Positions 10,106-19,662 of a DNA stretch of 64,000 nucleotides are shown piece by piece (position 1 is the first letter of the stretch; the number at the start of each line of letters is the position of its first letter). Both the position numbers and the translations under genes were made by a program. Under the pieces are notes generated by a model, which ran no database searches, had not been told where the DNA came from, and saw only the letters and a program-made list of their open reading frames with translations. Location of the stretch: positions 1,312,001 to 1,376,000 of the forward strand of contig OZ243961.1 in assembly GCA_965214605.1 (NCBI GenBank). Direction: 5' to 3'. Source of the stretch: an uncultured Candidatus Binatia bacterium (GTDB lineage: Bacteria; Desulfobacterota; Binatia; Bin18).

Positions 10106-10600
10106 ATGCGCCACAGGCCGATAAGGCTCCTTATTCCCAGGATTCTGGCTTTAAGCATGGTTGTTGCCGCCGTGCCTGCCTGTATAGGCTCTAAGGCTTC
10201 TTCACCACCAAGGTCGGCACAGCCGGCGCCGGAAGCCGCCCCAAAAAGTTTGCAGACTCGGTTTGAAGAATACTGGCAAGCCAGGATCCAGAACAACCTG
10301 CAGCTCGCCCTCCAGTATGAACATCCTGGGCAGCAAAAACGGTTCGGAGAGGAAGACTTACTCGCACGCCTACGCTCAGGCGTCGCAATCAAAGAAGTTA
10401 CTGCTGTTGATCCTCAGGCTTTGCAGCCCGATCCAAATGCGCAAGAGGCGAAGATTGACCTTAGTCTCAAATATGAGTACAGATTACCCTTCGGAGGCGA
10501 CCGAGCACTCATTTCCACCTTCGTTACCGACTCCTGGCGGAAAGAGCAGGGAGTATGGTACCATATTCTTAAAGTCAGGAGGGCTCCGAGGAAAAAATGA
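10106..10600 (+). CDS. Putative lipoprotein with NTF2-like fold
   Basis: Basic N-terminus, hydrophobic stretch, near-lipobox VPA-C; helix RFEEYWQARIQNN and terminal DSWRKEQGVWY strand pair. Confidence 0.75.
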   Translation: MRHRPIRLLIPRILALSMVVAAVPACIGSKASSPPRSAQPAPEAAPKSLQTRFEEYWQARIQNNLQLALQYEHPGQQKRFGEEDLLARLRSGVAIKEVTAVDPQALQPDPNAQEAKIDLSLKYEYRLPFGGDRALISTFVTDSWRKEQGVWYHILKVRRAPRKK

Positions 10601-10651
10601 CCCGTAGTATCCAATTTTGCAGGCATCAGGCTTGCACAATCATGATTATGC

Positions 10652-10680
10652 TTGACACGTAAATTCGAGTTCGCTATACG
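10652..10680 (+). promoter_or_regulatory. Sigma70-like promoter of the surface protein gene
   Basis: TTGACA-17-TATACG, about 165 nt upstream of ATG 10849. Confidence 0.6.
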
Positions 10681-10848
10681 CTGACAGATTCCTGTGATGA
10701 GGACAGTGAAAGGGGGTGGTTTTCAGGGTAGGACATGGGGCACTGGACTTTTAGGCGGGAATGCACTACAAAGACGCAACCTTACACTTTGCTCTCAAAG
10801 CCTGTTCCAAGCTTTGAGGCAGGCTGTCTTGAAGGGAGGACAGACGGA

Positions 10849-12162
10849 ATGAAGCAAGTATTTGGAAAATATGTCCTGGTCACTGCGTACGCAGTCCTCG
10901 CGTTATTTTTCACCACCTGGCCCGCGCAGGCACAAGAGGTCAGCATGAGCGGGGTGGCTGACCATCTGCTCTTCGGCTACTGGACGACAGAAGATCGAGA
11001 CACACTTGTTGCCGTCCACGCGCCGCTTGGGGTTATGAGCAATCGTGGCGACGAAGGGAAGAATATCGTTAAGATCACTGTTCGCGATGGCGGTGCACCG
11101 GGATTTGTTGACGACACCGAAGGTGCCGAGGTTTCGGAGGCCGAGTCGCTAACAAGTTTTGATATCTGTCTCACCCCAGGCGATTCATGGACGGCAGCTA
11201 TCACCTCTGACGGAGAAGACTCGTCCGCGCTTGTGGTCGTAGACCCTGGTGCTTGTGACGAAGATGTAGTCCAAGTCTCCCCAACACGTGAAGCGCCAAA
11301 TCCCCGACAAACACCGGAGCCGGGGGAGCGTGTCCCATTTGCTGGCACTGCCGGTTTTTTTGAGGCCTCCACCAGAGCAGATGCAATGGTTTTCAAAGAG
11401 GTGCCTGAAGAAATTATTGCTACAAGTTCAAGTGAGAGTACTCGGCTGCAGAGACGTGAGCAACCGAGTGATCCCGCCCCGCTTACGGGAACAGTCTATA
11501 TAGTCTCTCCTATGTACGGATTTTCGTCAGCCTACACTGCTACTGGGGTGACGGGATGCTCTGCGGGGTACTGTACGGCTACAGAGATCAATACGGCCCT
11601 ACTAGCACAGAACAAGATGCTACTGTTAGGTCGTTGGAGCGCTCTCGACATCATAGGCGCAGAGACAGAAATCATACTGACCTTCCCTGGCACGAATCAT
11701 CTGAATTTTCAGACCGTAACAACAGAGGGCGACCCGGAAGCCAACACAGACCCGGTGAGCATGCTTATCTTCAAAGACGACTCGGCGGCGCGTCCAGAAC
11801 CTCTGACGGAAATCATGCTGGATCAAGCGGTTAACAAGTGTACTTTTACGGACGATGGGATGATGATGGGCAGCAGCACGCTTAACTGTAATAACGGGAT
11901 GACGATGGAGGAGCTGGAGGATATGGAGGAAGGGGCATTCCGGATCTTTAACAACACTGAGTACGATCTATCCACCGACCCCCAAGAATTTGGCACGGAA
12001 TCCGCAGGGGACTTTAGTGAGGCAGGTCAAGCGCCTGCTGAGGCGCTCGCCGTTATAGGGACTGTCCTCCAGGCCTTTGAGGTCGATAGCCCTAACACCT
12101 ATGACCAATCCTTCTCGATGCAGTGGTCTAGCGACCAAACGCCGGCTAACACTACTGACTAA
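10849..12162 (+). CDS. Secreted acidic cell-surface protein (S-layer candidate), 437 aa
   Basis: GGAGGA RBS before ATG 10849; Sec signal ending PAQA|Q; rich in D/E/T/S, 6 Cys in the mature part, no TM segment, no terminal aromatic beta-barrel signal. Confidence 0.7.
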   Translation: MKQVFGKYVLVTAYAVLALFFTTWPAQAQEVSMSGVADHLLFGYWTTEDRDTLVAVHAPLGVMSNRGDEGKNIVKITVRDGGAPGFVDDTEGAEVSEAESLTSFDICLTPGDSWTAAITSDGEDSSALVVVDPGACDEDVVQVSPTREAPNPRQTPEPGERVPFAGTAGFFEASTRADAMVFKEVPEEIIATSSSESTRLQRREQPSDPAPLTGTVYIVSPMYGFSSAYTATGVTGCSAGYCTATEINTALLAQNKMLLLGRWSALDIIGAETEIILTFPGTNHLNFQTVTTEGDPEANTDPVSMLIFKDDSAARPEPLTEIMLDQAVNKCTFTDDGMMMGSSTLNCNNGMTMEELEDMEEGAFRIFNNTEYDLSTDPQEFGTESAGDFSEAGQAPAEALAVIGTVLQAFEVDSPNTYDQSFSMQWSSDQTPANTTD

Positions 12163-12200
12163 GTCTCGCTGCCCCTAACTCCTGCTTGGCTCCTGGTCAG

Positions 12201-12237
12201 TAAAAAAAGGGAGAGGAAGTTCCTCTCCCTTTTTTTA
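12201..12237. terminator. Bidirectional intrinsic terminator
   Basis: Perfect 18-bp inverted repeat taaaaaaagggagaggaa-g-ttcctctccctttttta with A7 and T7 tracts. Confidence 0.92.
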
Positions 12238-12592
12238 TGGGCAAATCCCTAGCTGCACATAGACCTACTACAGGCCGTCAAGATTGTAGGGGGGACCTGA
12301 ACAGATTGGTCTTGTCTTTGAGGGCTTCCATAGGGTCCGACATGGCAGCGTGCTGCTGTTCTCCGACAGGGTTACCCGCTGCACTGTGTCACCGCCACGG
12401 TGGACACCAACGATAACAGCTGCAAAGAGTCAACCACCCCGCTTTCCCCCTCTTAACTAGGGGGAGGCGCCTACAGGTGGTATGTAATCTCAATTTCCAG
12501 GCTAGGGTGATAGAGAGACGCCTTCAATACTCGGTCATCACGGTGGTGTCCCTGCCGATGACTTCTGACATGCTTCTAGGGGGTAAGGCTGA

Positions 12593-14854
12593 TCATGGCG
12601 TGGTTCCCGGAGGAGGCGGAGCGGATGACCTGACGGGTGGCGACAGAGGGGACGGGGTTGGCTTGTGTAAAATACGGCTGTCTAGCAGCTCTTTAAGACT
12701 CCGAATGCGCCCGGTAAATTCCTCGCTGACCGTGCGTAATTCCTGACGGTCCCGAATCACATGCGGCGTAATCAGAATGATCAATTCGGTGCGGTCGACC
12801 TTTTCTGTATCCACCCGAAACAGACGGCCTAAAACGGGCAGATTCATCAGATACGGCACTCCCCTGCGGTTGCGTCGTATCGTATCGTCAATAATGCCTC
12901 CCAAAACCACCGATTCTCCATCCTGTACCACCACCGTTGTCTCGGCTTCTCGTGAGACAAAGCTGGGCGAGTTGGTGCGCCCAAACTCCGCATTGCCGAC
13001 TGTGCTCACCTCTTGGCGAATCTCAAGATTGACCAGACCTGCAGAGTTGATCTGAGGTAGAATCGTCAAAATCTTGCCTGTCTCTCGATATTGGATGCTG
13101 TTGACGGTCCGTGCGGTGTCGGTTAGGGAGCTAGTGGACGTTGAGGTCAAAATCGGTATTTCTTCACCAATCAAAATATTAGCTTCCCGATTGTCCGCAG
13201 CAATCACATGCGGGGTGGCGAGAACATTGACCTTTTGCTTGGTTGCCAAGGCATTGAGCAAGACCAAAAATTTGTCGCGATCAGTCAGAAAACCAAATAT
13301 CCCCTGCGAGCCAAGATTAACGGCTCGCTTTGATGCGCCGAGCAAGGCGTTATTGCCAATACTTAAGCTCGTAGTCCCGGGAGGTTCTCCGGTGGCAACC
13401 CCACTCCCATTCCCCCCGCCGCTCGTACCGAGCAAGCGACCAAGTCCTCCCTGCGATAATGCATATTCGAGTCCAAAAACGAGATCATCAATCAATTGAA
13501 TTTCGGCAATAATAGCTTCAATGAGTACCTGTCGGGGAACAATATCAAGCTTGCGTAAGACATCCCGGATCATCGCATAATCGCGCGGTGTAGCCAAAAT
13601 AATTAAGGAGTTGGTAATCTCATCGGCAACAATCCGGACTTCTTCTTTAAAAACCGGCTTTTCCCCTTCCTGGGGAGCCAATACAACACTCTGGGTTCCG
13701 CCCCCATCCCTGGTTCTATTCCTACGTCGCCCACTGCGGCCGCTCCCAAATCCCATACCATCACGGCTATCGTTCCGGTCACTGCTGCCAATATCACTTC
13801 CCCCGTTTTCTGAGTCACTTATGCTCCCCGAGCCAAGATTCCCGGATGACCCAAAGTCCTGATTGCGGCCCTGGCGATTTCCGCCGCCACCGCTTCCGTA
13901 GAGATCGCCTAAAATGTTGGCCAGATCAGCTGCTTTGACGTTTTCAACGGCATACACCTGCACGATTCGCCCACCCCCTTTTTCTGGAGGAACATCAAGA
14001 AGCTGAATCCATTTTTCGACGTGGGTAAAAATTTCTGGATTAAAGGCAATGACCACAACCGAATTGAGTCGAGCCAGAGGAATAACAAAAACCCCATGTC
14101 TCGCTGCCTCCTCGGTGACAATGACTCCATACGGTTCAAGCACGCTGGACAACTCCTCGCCAAGATCTTCGACATTGGCGTGCTCAATCCGATACACCTC
14201 GGCGTGGAGGTCGTGAAATGTATCTGTATCAAAAACCCCCACCATCTGTCTGAGACGGCGCACATTTGAGGCTAGGTCAGAAATGACAACCAGATTAGCG
14301 CGTGGATAGGCCAGGATATCACCACCTGGTGAGACAAACGGCTGGAGGATTGTGGCCATCTCTTCAGCAGCAACGTACTCCACCTTGACGAGTTCGATGA
14401 CGAACGCATCCTCATCTCTCAGCTTCTGGGAGGCCGCACGGTTTTTGGGTATAACTGCCTTGGTTTTTGCCTCTCCGACCGGGGCAATATGGTAGATATC
14501 GCCAACGCGGTTTGCAGCCACTCCGCTGCTTCGCAAAATCTGGTGAAAAAGGGGAAACAGGTCGCGACGCGGAATATCACTGGTCGTTCGAATGGTGACC
14601 TGGCCCTGGACACGTGGATCAATCGTATAGTGAATACCTAGGGCTGTGGCAATGCTGTGAATCACTTCGCGGATATCAGCGCCTTCAAAATTGAGCCGAA
14701 CGGCCGCTCCGCTGTCGGGTGAGTTGCTCTGAGCGGCGGCAGGAGGGACTAGGGCCGTATTCCAAAAGATACTGCCGACCATGACGGCGATGCTCAGCCC
14801 GCGGAGCGCGGTAACGGACTGCCTGTTGAGGGGTATATCATTTGTTTTGCTCAT
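12593..14854 (-). CDS. gspD: Type II secretion secretin
   Basis: LNFEGADIREVI (N0), LDIVPRQVLIEAII, RGVPYLMNLPVLGRLF, TELIILITPHVI; Gly/Ser-rich insert in N3. Confidence 0.95.
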   Translation of the reverse strand: MSKTNDIPLNRQSVTALRGLSIAVMVGSIFWNTALVPPAAAQSNSPDSGAAVRLNFEGADIREVIHSIATALGIHYTIDPRVQGQVTIRTTSDIPRRDLFPLFHQILRSSGVAANRVGDIYHIAPVGEAKTKAVIPKNRAASQKLRDEDAFVIELVKVEYVAAEEMATILQPFVSPGGDILAYPRANLVVISDLASNVRRLRQMVGVFDTDTFHDLHAEVYRIEHANVEDLGEELSSVLEPYGVIVTEEAARHGVFVIPLARLNSVVVIAFNPEIFTHVEKWIQLLDVPPEKGGGRIVQVYAVENVKAADLANILGDLYGSGGGGNRQGRNQDFGSSGNLGSGSISDSENGGSDIGSSDRNDSRDGMGFGSGRSGRRRNRTRDGGGTQSVVLAPQEGEKPVFKEEVRIVADEITNSLIILATPRDYAMIRDVLRKLDIVPRQVLIEAIIAEIQLIDDLVFGLEYALSQGGLGRLLGTSGGGNGSGVATGEPPGTTSLSIGNNALLGASKRAVNLGSQGIFGFLTDRDKFLVLLNALATKQKVNVLATPHVIAADNREANILIGEEIPILTSTSTSSLTDTARTVNSIQYRETGKILTILPQINSAGLVNLEIRQEVSTVGNAEFGRTNSPSFVSREAETTVVVQDGESVVLGGIIDDTIRRNRRGVPYLMNLPVLGRLFRVDTEKVDRTELIILITPHVIRDRQELRTVSEEFTGRIRSLKELLDSRILHKPTPSPLSPPVRSSAPPPPGTTP

Positions 14855-15653
14855 CCTGCTCCTTAGCCCGGGCTGCACGTCGCTCGCGGGCGCGTTGGCG
14901 GCGGATTTCGCGCAGCCGACGTTGGAGCTGGCGAATATTTTGTCGAATGGTTACGGCTTCGTCTTGATCGCTGCCGGTAGGGACCTTTTTGACACGGGTA
15001 CCCGCTTGCTCGCCTGAGTCTGCTGCTGCTCCAAGAATGAGTGTTGAATCAGTCCCACGGGTTGAATTCTGCGTGTCGGGCTGTGATCGTTCTTGTTCCG
15101 CTGTCTGAGAATTCGCTTGCTCCTGCGAGCGGGCGGGTACGATGCGCGGAGCCTTTGCTGCATCGGTGCTCTTTTGGGTATTCAGGCGCAGGCTGACTTC
15201 CCGCCCCTCTGCCCCAAAGGCAAGCGTTGCTTCCGCATGGGTAAGGTGGGCCAGATGATAGGAGTCGAGCGTGTCGCCAGACCTCACCCGTGTGACTTTC
15301 CCGCCTTTGGAGGAATCAGCAAACAGCGCCTCATGGCGGTCGCCGACGATGAAGACACCAACAAGGCTCAGATGGTCGGGCGGCGGAACAGTGGGGGGAG
15401 GCTTTGCCGGCGGCCTGCGGGCATTCTCCGTCCTGCGACTGGGAGCAAAGAGATTTTTAGCGGTAATCACCCCGACTAGCTTCTTTCCCGCCGCTGGGCC
15501 GGCCTGGGGAAAAGATGGAAGCGCGGTGTTAAGGTCGGGAGATGGTTCGGCCATAATGGGGGGACGGGTATAAGCCCAGGCTAAAAATGCTTGCCAGGCG
15601 AGCCCACAGACCCCGAGCAGTAGTATCATGTGAATAAAGCGTCGTATCCGCAT
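14838..15653 (-). CDS. GspC-like T2SS inner-membrane protein
   Basis: N-terminal TM, NLFAPSR motif, LSLVGV...EALF...VRSGD HR-like domain, C-terminal coiled coil; lies directly before gspD. Confidence 0.65.
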   Translation of the reverse strand: MRIRRFIHMILLLGVCGLAWQAFLAWAYTRPPIMAEPSPDLNTALPSFPQAGPAAGKKLVGVITAKNLFAPSRRTENARRPPAKPPPTVPPPDHLSLVGVFIVGDRHEALFADSSKGGKVTRVRSGDTLDSYHLAHLTHAEATLAFGAEGREVSLRLNTQKSTDAAKAPRIVPARSQEQANSQTAEQERSQPDTQNSTRGTDSTLILGAAADSGEQAGTRVKKVPTGSDQDEAVTIRQNIRQLQRRLREIRRQRARERRAARAKEQDEQNK

Positions 15654-15665
15654 CGTTTGCTCACT

Positions 15666-16301
15666 TTAGAAAGTGTCAGCGTGTTGCATCACTCCCCCAA
15701 CGGTGAGGGTGATGGTCAGTGGTTTCCGGAGTTGGGCGGGCTCTCCACGACGCGATCTGCGGCGACGGGCACGTCGCCTGCGGCTCTTAGAGGTGTTCCG
15801 TATCTCCAACGTGGAAACGGACAGGAGCCAGTTGCCGTATTCGATCCCGGCCAAAAACTTGGCAACTGCGGATAATTCGCCGCGTAGTGTCACCTGGACC
15901 AGCGCTTTGCGAAAGTCGCCGATTGTCTGCTCTTTCATGACCTGGGTTGTGGCAAGTTCAAGATTGCTTTGGACAGCAAGAGTCTGTATCCGTTCCTGGA
16001 GTCGGGCGGCTGCCAGGGACGATGTCGTCTCCGGAATGAAACGAGTTTGAAGAGTGGTGAACTGCTGACGTAAGGCTTCGACATAGTTCGCAACTTGAGG
16101 GGCACTGTCTTGTCGCTCACGCATGTGGCGGACTCGATCGGCTGCTTGCTCAATGCGCTCCTGCAAACGCTGGACATGGGCTCGATAGGGATTAATCACG
16201 CCAAAACGAATGACAACCAACACCAGAAACGCTCCAGCCGCCCCAGCCAGAAGACGTTCCCGCTTTGATAAATGCTGCCAGAGGTGGACTAGTCGCCGCA
16301 C
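15666..16301 (-). CDS. gspM: T2SS GspM/PilO-like protein
   Basis: WQHLSKRERLL plus TM, coiled coil, AAARLQERI, ferredoxin-like C-terminus; GTG start at 16301 chosen. Confidence 0.8.
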   Translation of the reverse strand: MRRLVHLWQHLSKRERLLAGAAGAFLVLVVIRFGVINPYRAHVQRLQERIEQAADRVRHMRERQDSAPQVANYVEALRQQFTTLQTRFIPETTSSLAAARLQERIQTLAVQSNLELATTQVMKEQTIGDFRKALVQVTLRGELSAVAKFLAGIEYGNWLLSVSTLEIRNTSKSRRRRARRRRSRRGEPAQLRKPLTITLTVGGVMQHADTF

Positions 16302-17770
16302 GGGTGGACCACCTGCGCGCCTAGGGTGAAGGTTTCCCCTTGGGCCGTTGTCGTAAACGGGGCCTTGGGAGCAACGTTTTTCAGACACTCGAGTTGGTTG
16401 AGGACCGTCACCAACTCTGACGCGGGCTTGGTCCTTGCCACCCCGCTCAACTCGATGCTTCCAGCTCTATATTGAAAACTGGTGAGATACATATCGGCTG
16501 GGATTGTGTCCGCCAGACGCCGTAGGAGGGGCAGGAGACGTTTATTCATCTCTAAATTGAGGACAGTGATTTGTCCTGCGAGGAGGTCGGCCTCAGATTG
16601 CTGCGCCAGCACCTGATCAATCTCTGGATTGAGCGCTTCGACCTCTTTGGTCAGGACGTTTAGCACGCGGCGGTTTTGGACAATAATGCCAACCGCCCAG
16701 GTAAGACCAAGGATAAAGATGAGACTCACCAAAACCAGGGTCAGGGCTGACAGACGTTTTTCTCGCTGCGCACGACTCGTGAGGGGTAAGACATTGACCC
16801 CGCTTGTCTCCTCCCCCACCGCTTGGACTGCCGCCCCAAGAGCCGGCAGGACAGCTGGGGAAAAACCCGATTCCGGGACTCCGCTAAAACGAGTGGTGGC
16901 GAGAGCGCTGAGATCATGCTCGGTATTAACCGCATAAGGCAGCTGGCCGTTTGTCCCCCAAGCAAAAAGGGGAGTTTCATCGGGGGAGGCACCCGGCAAA
17001 TTCCGCGTGACACCTTGGGCCACCAGATCGCTGAAAACATCCGGCTCAGCGGCGTGTTGGGTGGAAAACAGATGACTGGCCACCAGTTGTTGTCTCTGAA
17101 TAAAACTCAATTCCAGTTTATCGTCTTCTGGTCCGATAACCACACACGAGTTGCTAGCCGCCGGGACGCACGACAGCAAGACGCTGATTCGGGCACAGCT
17201 ACTAATTGTAACCATTTGGGGGCGAAGTTCGACTTCTGAGAACAGGGTCAGAAGGTCATCGACCTCACTTCGAGGCACGCAGAACAGGGCAACTCCGAGA
17301 CGTCTGTCTTCACCACCAACTGGGTAGGTGAGATAATCGTAATAAATCTCTTCTTTTGGAAATGGAAAGAGCCGCTCGACTTCGTAACCAATGACGTTCT
17401 CAAGAGAATCCCGAGCTGCCTCAGGGAGTGTCAAACGGCTGACACTTGCCGTTTGTCTGGGTAGAGACAGGACCACCTGATCTGGGTTGATCTCTGCATC
17501 ATTCAGAAATTCCTTCAGCCCCTGTCGACAGGCATCCAAGCGTTCTCGGCCTGATTCGGGCAGGGAGACCGTCCGCACCTGCCGTACGTTTACCTGCAAG
17601 AAGCGCTTGGCTATGGACACCAAACTCATCTCGCGCGGACCGATCCCAACTCCTAACCCGTCGAGATAATCAATCTTGGCCAGCTGTTGAAATGTAGCAG
17701 TTAGATCCACCCCACCCCTCACCACCACGTCTTGACGCGAAGAGAGTGTCCGTCGTACTGTCTTCTCCAA
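16289..17770 (-). CDS. gspL: T2SS GspL (PilM-like cytoplasmic domain + TM + PilN-like periplasmic domain)
   Basis: LENVIGYEVERLFPFPKEEIYYDY, VNVLP before the TM, IELSGVA. Confidence 0.8.
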   Translation of the reverse strand: MEKTVRRTLSSRQDVVVRGGVDLTATFQQLAKIDYLDGLGVGIGPREMSLVSIAKRFLQVNVRQVRTVSLPESGRERLDACRQGLKEFLNDAEINPDQVVLSLPRQTASVSRLTLPEAARDSLENVIGYEVERLFPFPKEEIYYDYLTYPVGGEDRRLGVALFCVPRSEVDDLLTLFSEVELRPQMVTISSCARISVLLSCVPAASNSCVVIGPEDDKLELSFIQRQQLVASHLFSTQHAAEPDVFSDLVAQGVTRNLPGASPDETPLFAWGTNGQLPYAVNTEHDLSALATTRFSGVPESGFSPAVLPALGAAVQAVGEETSGVNVLPLTSRAQREKRLSALTLVLVSLIFILGLTWAVGIIVQNRRVLNVLTKEVEALNPEIDQVLAQQSEADLLAGQITVLNLEMNKRLLPLLRRLADTIPADMYLTSFQYRAGSIELSGVARTKPASELVTVLNQLECLKNVAPKAPFTTTAQGETFTLGAQVVHPCGD

Positions 17771-17804
17771 TCTTCACTCTTCGGGGCAGAGCGGACAAAA
17801 GGCA

Positions 17805-18266
17805 TTAGCTGTTCTCCCAACTGAGAATATCCCCGCCTTCGTCGCTTCCCCCGGCTATGCCATCAGCACCGTAGGAAATAAGATCATAAGCTTCTTGTTC
17901 GCCAGGATTGCGATAGACATACTGATTACCCCACGGATCTTTCGGCACATTTTTTTTGAGATATGGTCCGTCCCAGCGGTCAAGACCGACCGGACGGCGG
18001 CGTAGCGCATCGAGGCCTTCCTGAGAATTTGGATAGCGGCCAACGTCAAGACGAAACATATCGAGCGCGGCGCCCAAGTTTTCAATCTGGGCTCGGGCGG
18101 CGTCTCTTTTTGCCGAATCCACTCGCCCAATATAGTTGGGCGCAACCAGGGCGACTAAGAGTCCGAGAATGACCATTACGACCAACAGTTCAACTAAAGT
18201 GAAACCGGCCCGGGTCAGCCCAACCCGGCCAGCGGAGATACGCCCCCTGGAGTGCCCTTTTCTCAT
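17805..18266 (-). CDS. gspG: Major pseudopilin
   Basis: G|FTLVELLVV prepilin site, WDGPYL, DPWGNQY, SYGADG. Confidence 0.97.
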   Translation of the reverse strand: MRKGHSRGRISAGRVGLTRAGFTLVELLVVMVILGLLVALVAPNYIGRVDSAKRDAARAQIENLGAALDMFRLDVGRYPNSQEGLDALRRRPVGLDRWDGPYLKKNVPKDPWGNQYVYRNPGEQEAYDLISYGADGIAGGSDEGGDILSWENS

Positions 18267-18332
18267 CGTTCATTAGCCCCCTTCACAATAAAAGAATCTG
18301 GCGCGGCTTCACATCCCCAAGAGAGAGAAACA

Positions 18333-19565
18333 TCAGAATGAGACATTATTGACGCTAAACAGGCCTAACAGCATAGCAATGACCACAAAGCCGACAATAA
18401 GCCCCATCGTCAAAATCAACACCGGCTCGACCAATGAGGTCAAACGCCGCAGCTGGTTCCGGGTATCCTTTTCATAATACTCGGCGACCTGTATTAACAT
18501 CTCGTCAAGCTGTCCGGTTTCTTCACCAACACTCACCATCTGCAAGGCCAACGACGGAAAGACACCACTTGCAGCCAAGGGTCCGGCAATACCCTCTCCT
18601 TCTTGAACCCCAACCCGCACGTCTGTGAGGGTACGACTGATAACCCGATTGCCCACCACCTCCTCAACCAGTTCCATCGCCTGGAGGAGAGGCACTCCGC
18701 TTTTGAGCAGAGTGCCAAGTGTCCGGGCAAAGCGGCCAACCTCGCGTTTTTGCAGTAATTGGCCAATGAGCACTATCCTCAGACTCCAACCATCCCACGT
18801 CAAGCGTCCCTGAGGGCTTGCAAGATAGCGCCACAGTCCGGCCCCACAGGCTGCCACACTCAGGGCCAGGAGCCACCAATAGTCACGAATGAAATGACTC
18901 ACCACCAGCAAGAAGCGGGTTGAGGCCGGTAGTGCTTCACCCATATCTTCGAATAACACCGCAAATTTCGGCAACACGAAGGTAAACATAAGGACAATGG
19001 CCGCCCCACCAGCACAAACCAGGATAGTTGGATAGGCCAGCGCGGATTTCACTTCATCCTGCACTTCTTGGGCACGCTCTACATACTCGGCCAAACGCGT
19101 CAAAGCCGTATTGAGAAAGCCCCCTAACTCACCGGCCTTAACCATATTGATATACAGCGGAGGAAAAATTTTTGGATACTCAGCTAGGGCTTCGGCTAAG
19201 GATTTCCCCCGCTGCACGTGGCGCAGGATCTGCTCAATCGCTTGGTGAAATTCGGCCTTTTTGGTCAATCCGGTCACAACCGACAGCGCTCGGTCAAGCG
19301 GGAGGCCGGCAGACAGCAACGCTGCCAGCTCCTGGGTCATTAGTAACAAATCCCGCTGGCGTACTCTACCTCGCCCTGGCAGAGTGGGGAGCGTCGGAGA
19401 CAGACCGGTCAGCTTACCCGCCGTCTGGCTCGGCAGGTCTATCTTTAGGGGCAGATAGCCTTGGTCATGCAAACGCGAAACGACCATTCGCTCTGCGCCG
19501 GCGTCCATGACTCCCTTGATAATTTTCCCTTGGGGGGTTGTCGCCTGATAGTGAAATTGTGGCAT
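18333..19565 (-). CDS. gspF: T2SS inner-membrane platform protein
   Basis: AGLPLDRAL, AGELGG, ALAYP, VGEETGQL, LVEP; 3 TM. Confidence 0.95.
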   Translation of the reverse strand: MPQFHYQATTPQGKIIKGVMDAGAERMVVSRLHDQGYLPLKIDLPSQTAGKLTGLSPTLPTLPGRGRVRQRDLLLMTQELAALLSAGLPLDRALSVVTGLTKKAEFHQAIEQILRHVQRGKSLAEALAEYPKIFPPLYINMVKAGELGGFLNTALTRLAEYVERAQEVQDEVKSALAYPTILVCAGGAAIVLMFTFVLPKFAVLFEDMGEALPASTRFLLVVSHFIRDYWWLLALSVAACGAGLWRYLASPQGRLTWDGWSLRIVLIGQLLQKREVGRFARTLGTLLKSGVPLLQAMELVEEVVGNRVISRTLTDVRVGVQEGEGIAGPLAASGVFPSLALQMVSVGEETGQLDEMLIQVAEYYEKDTRNQLRRLTSLVEPVLILTMGLIVGFVVIAMLLGLFSVNNVSF

Positions 19566-19577
19566 GTGCGTCTTAAA

Positions 19578-19606
19578 ATCTTAGAGGGTAACAAAAATCG
19601 AGTCAA
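19578..19606 (-). promoter_or_regulatory. Sigma70-like promoter of the gsp operon
   Basis: TTGACT-17-TAAGAT on the minus strand; the -10 ends 12 nt before the gspF ATG and no SD is visible. Confidence 0.65.
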
Positions 19607-19615
19607 GGAGCAGAC

Positions 19616-19643
19616 TTGACACGATGGGCAGGTGTGTTAGGTT
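19616..19643 (+). promoter_or_regulatory. Promoter of the 5S rRNA/tRNA unit
   Basis: TTGACA-16-TAGGTT with extended TG. Confidence 0.6.
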
Positions 19644-19662
19644 TGGACCAACATAAAAATTC

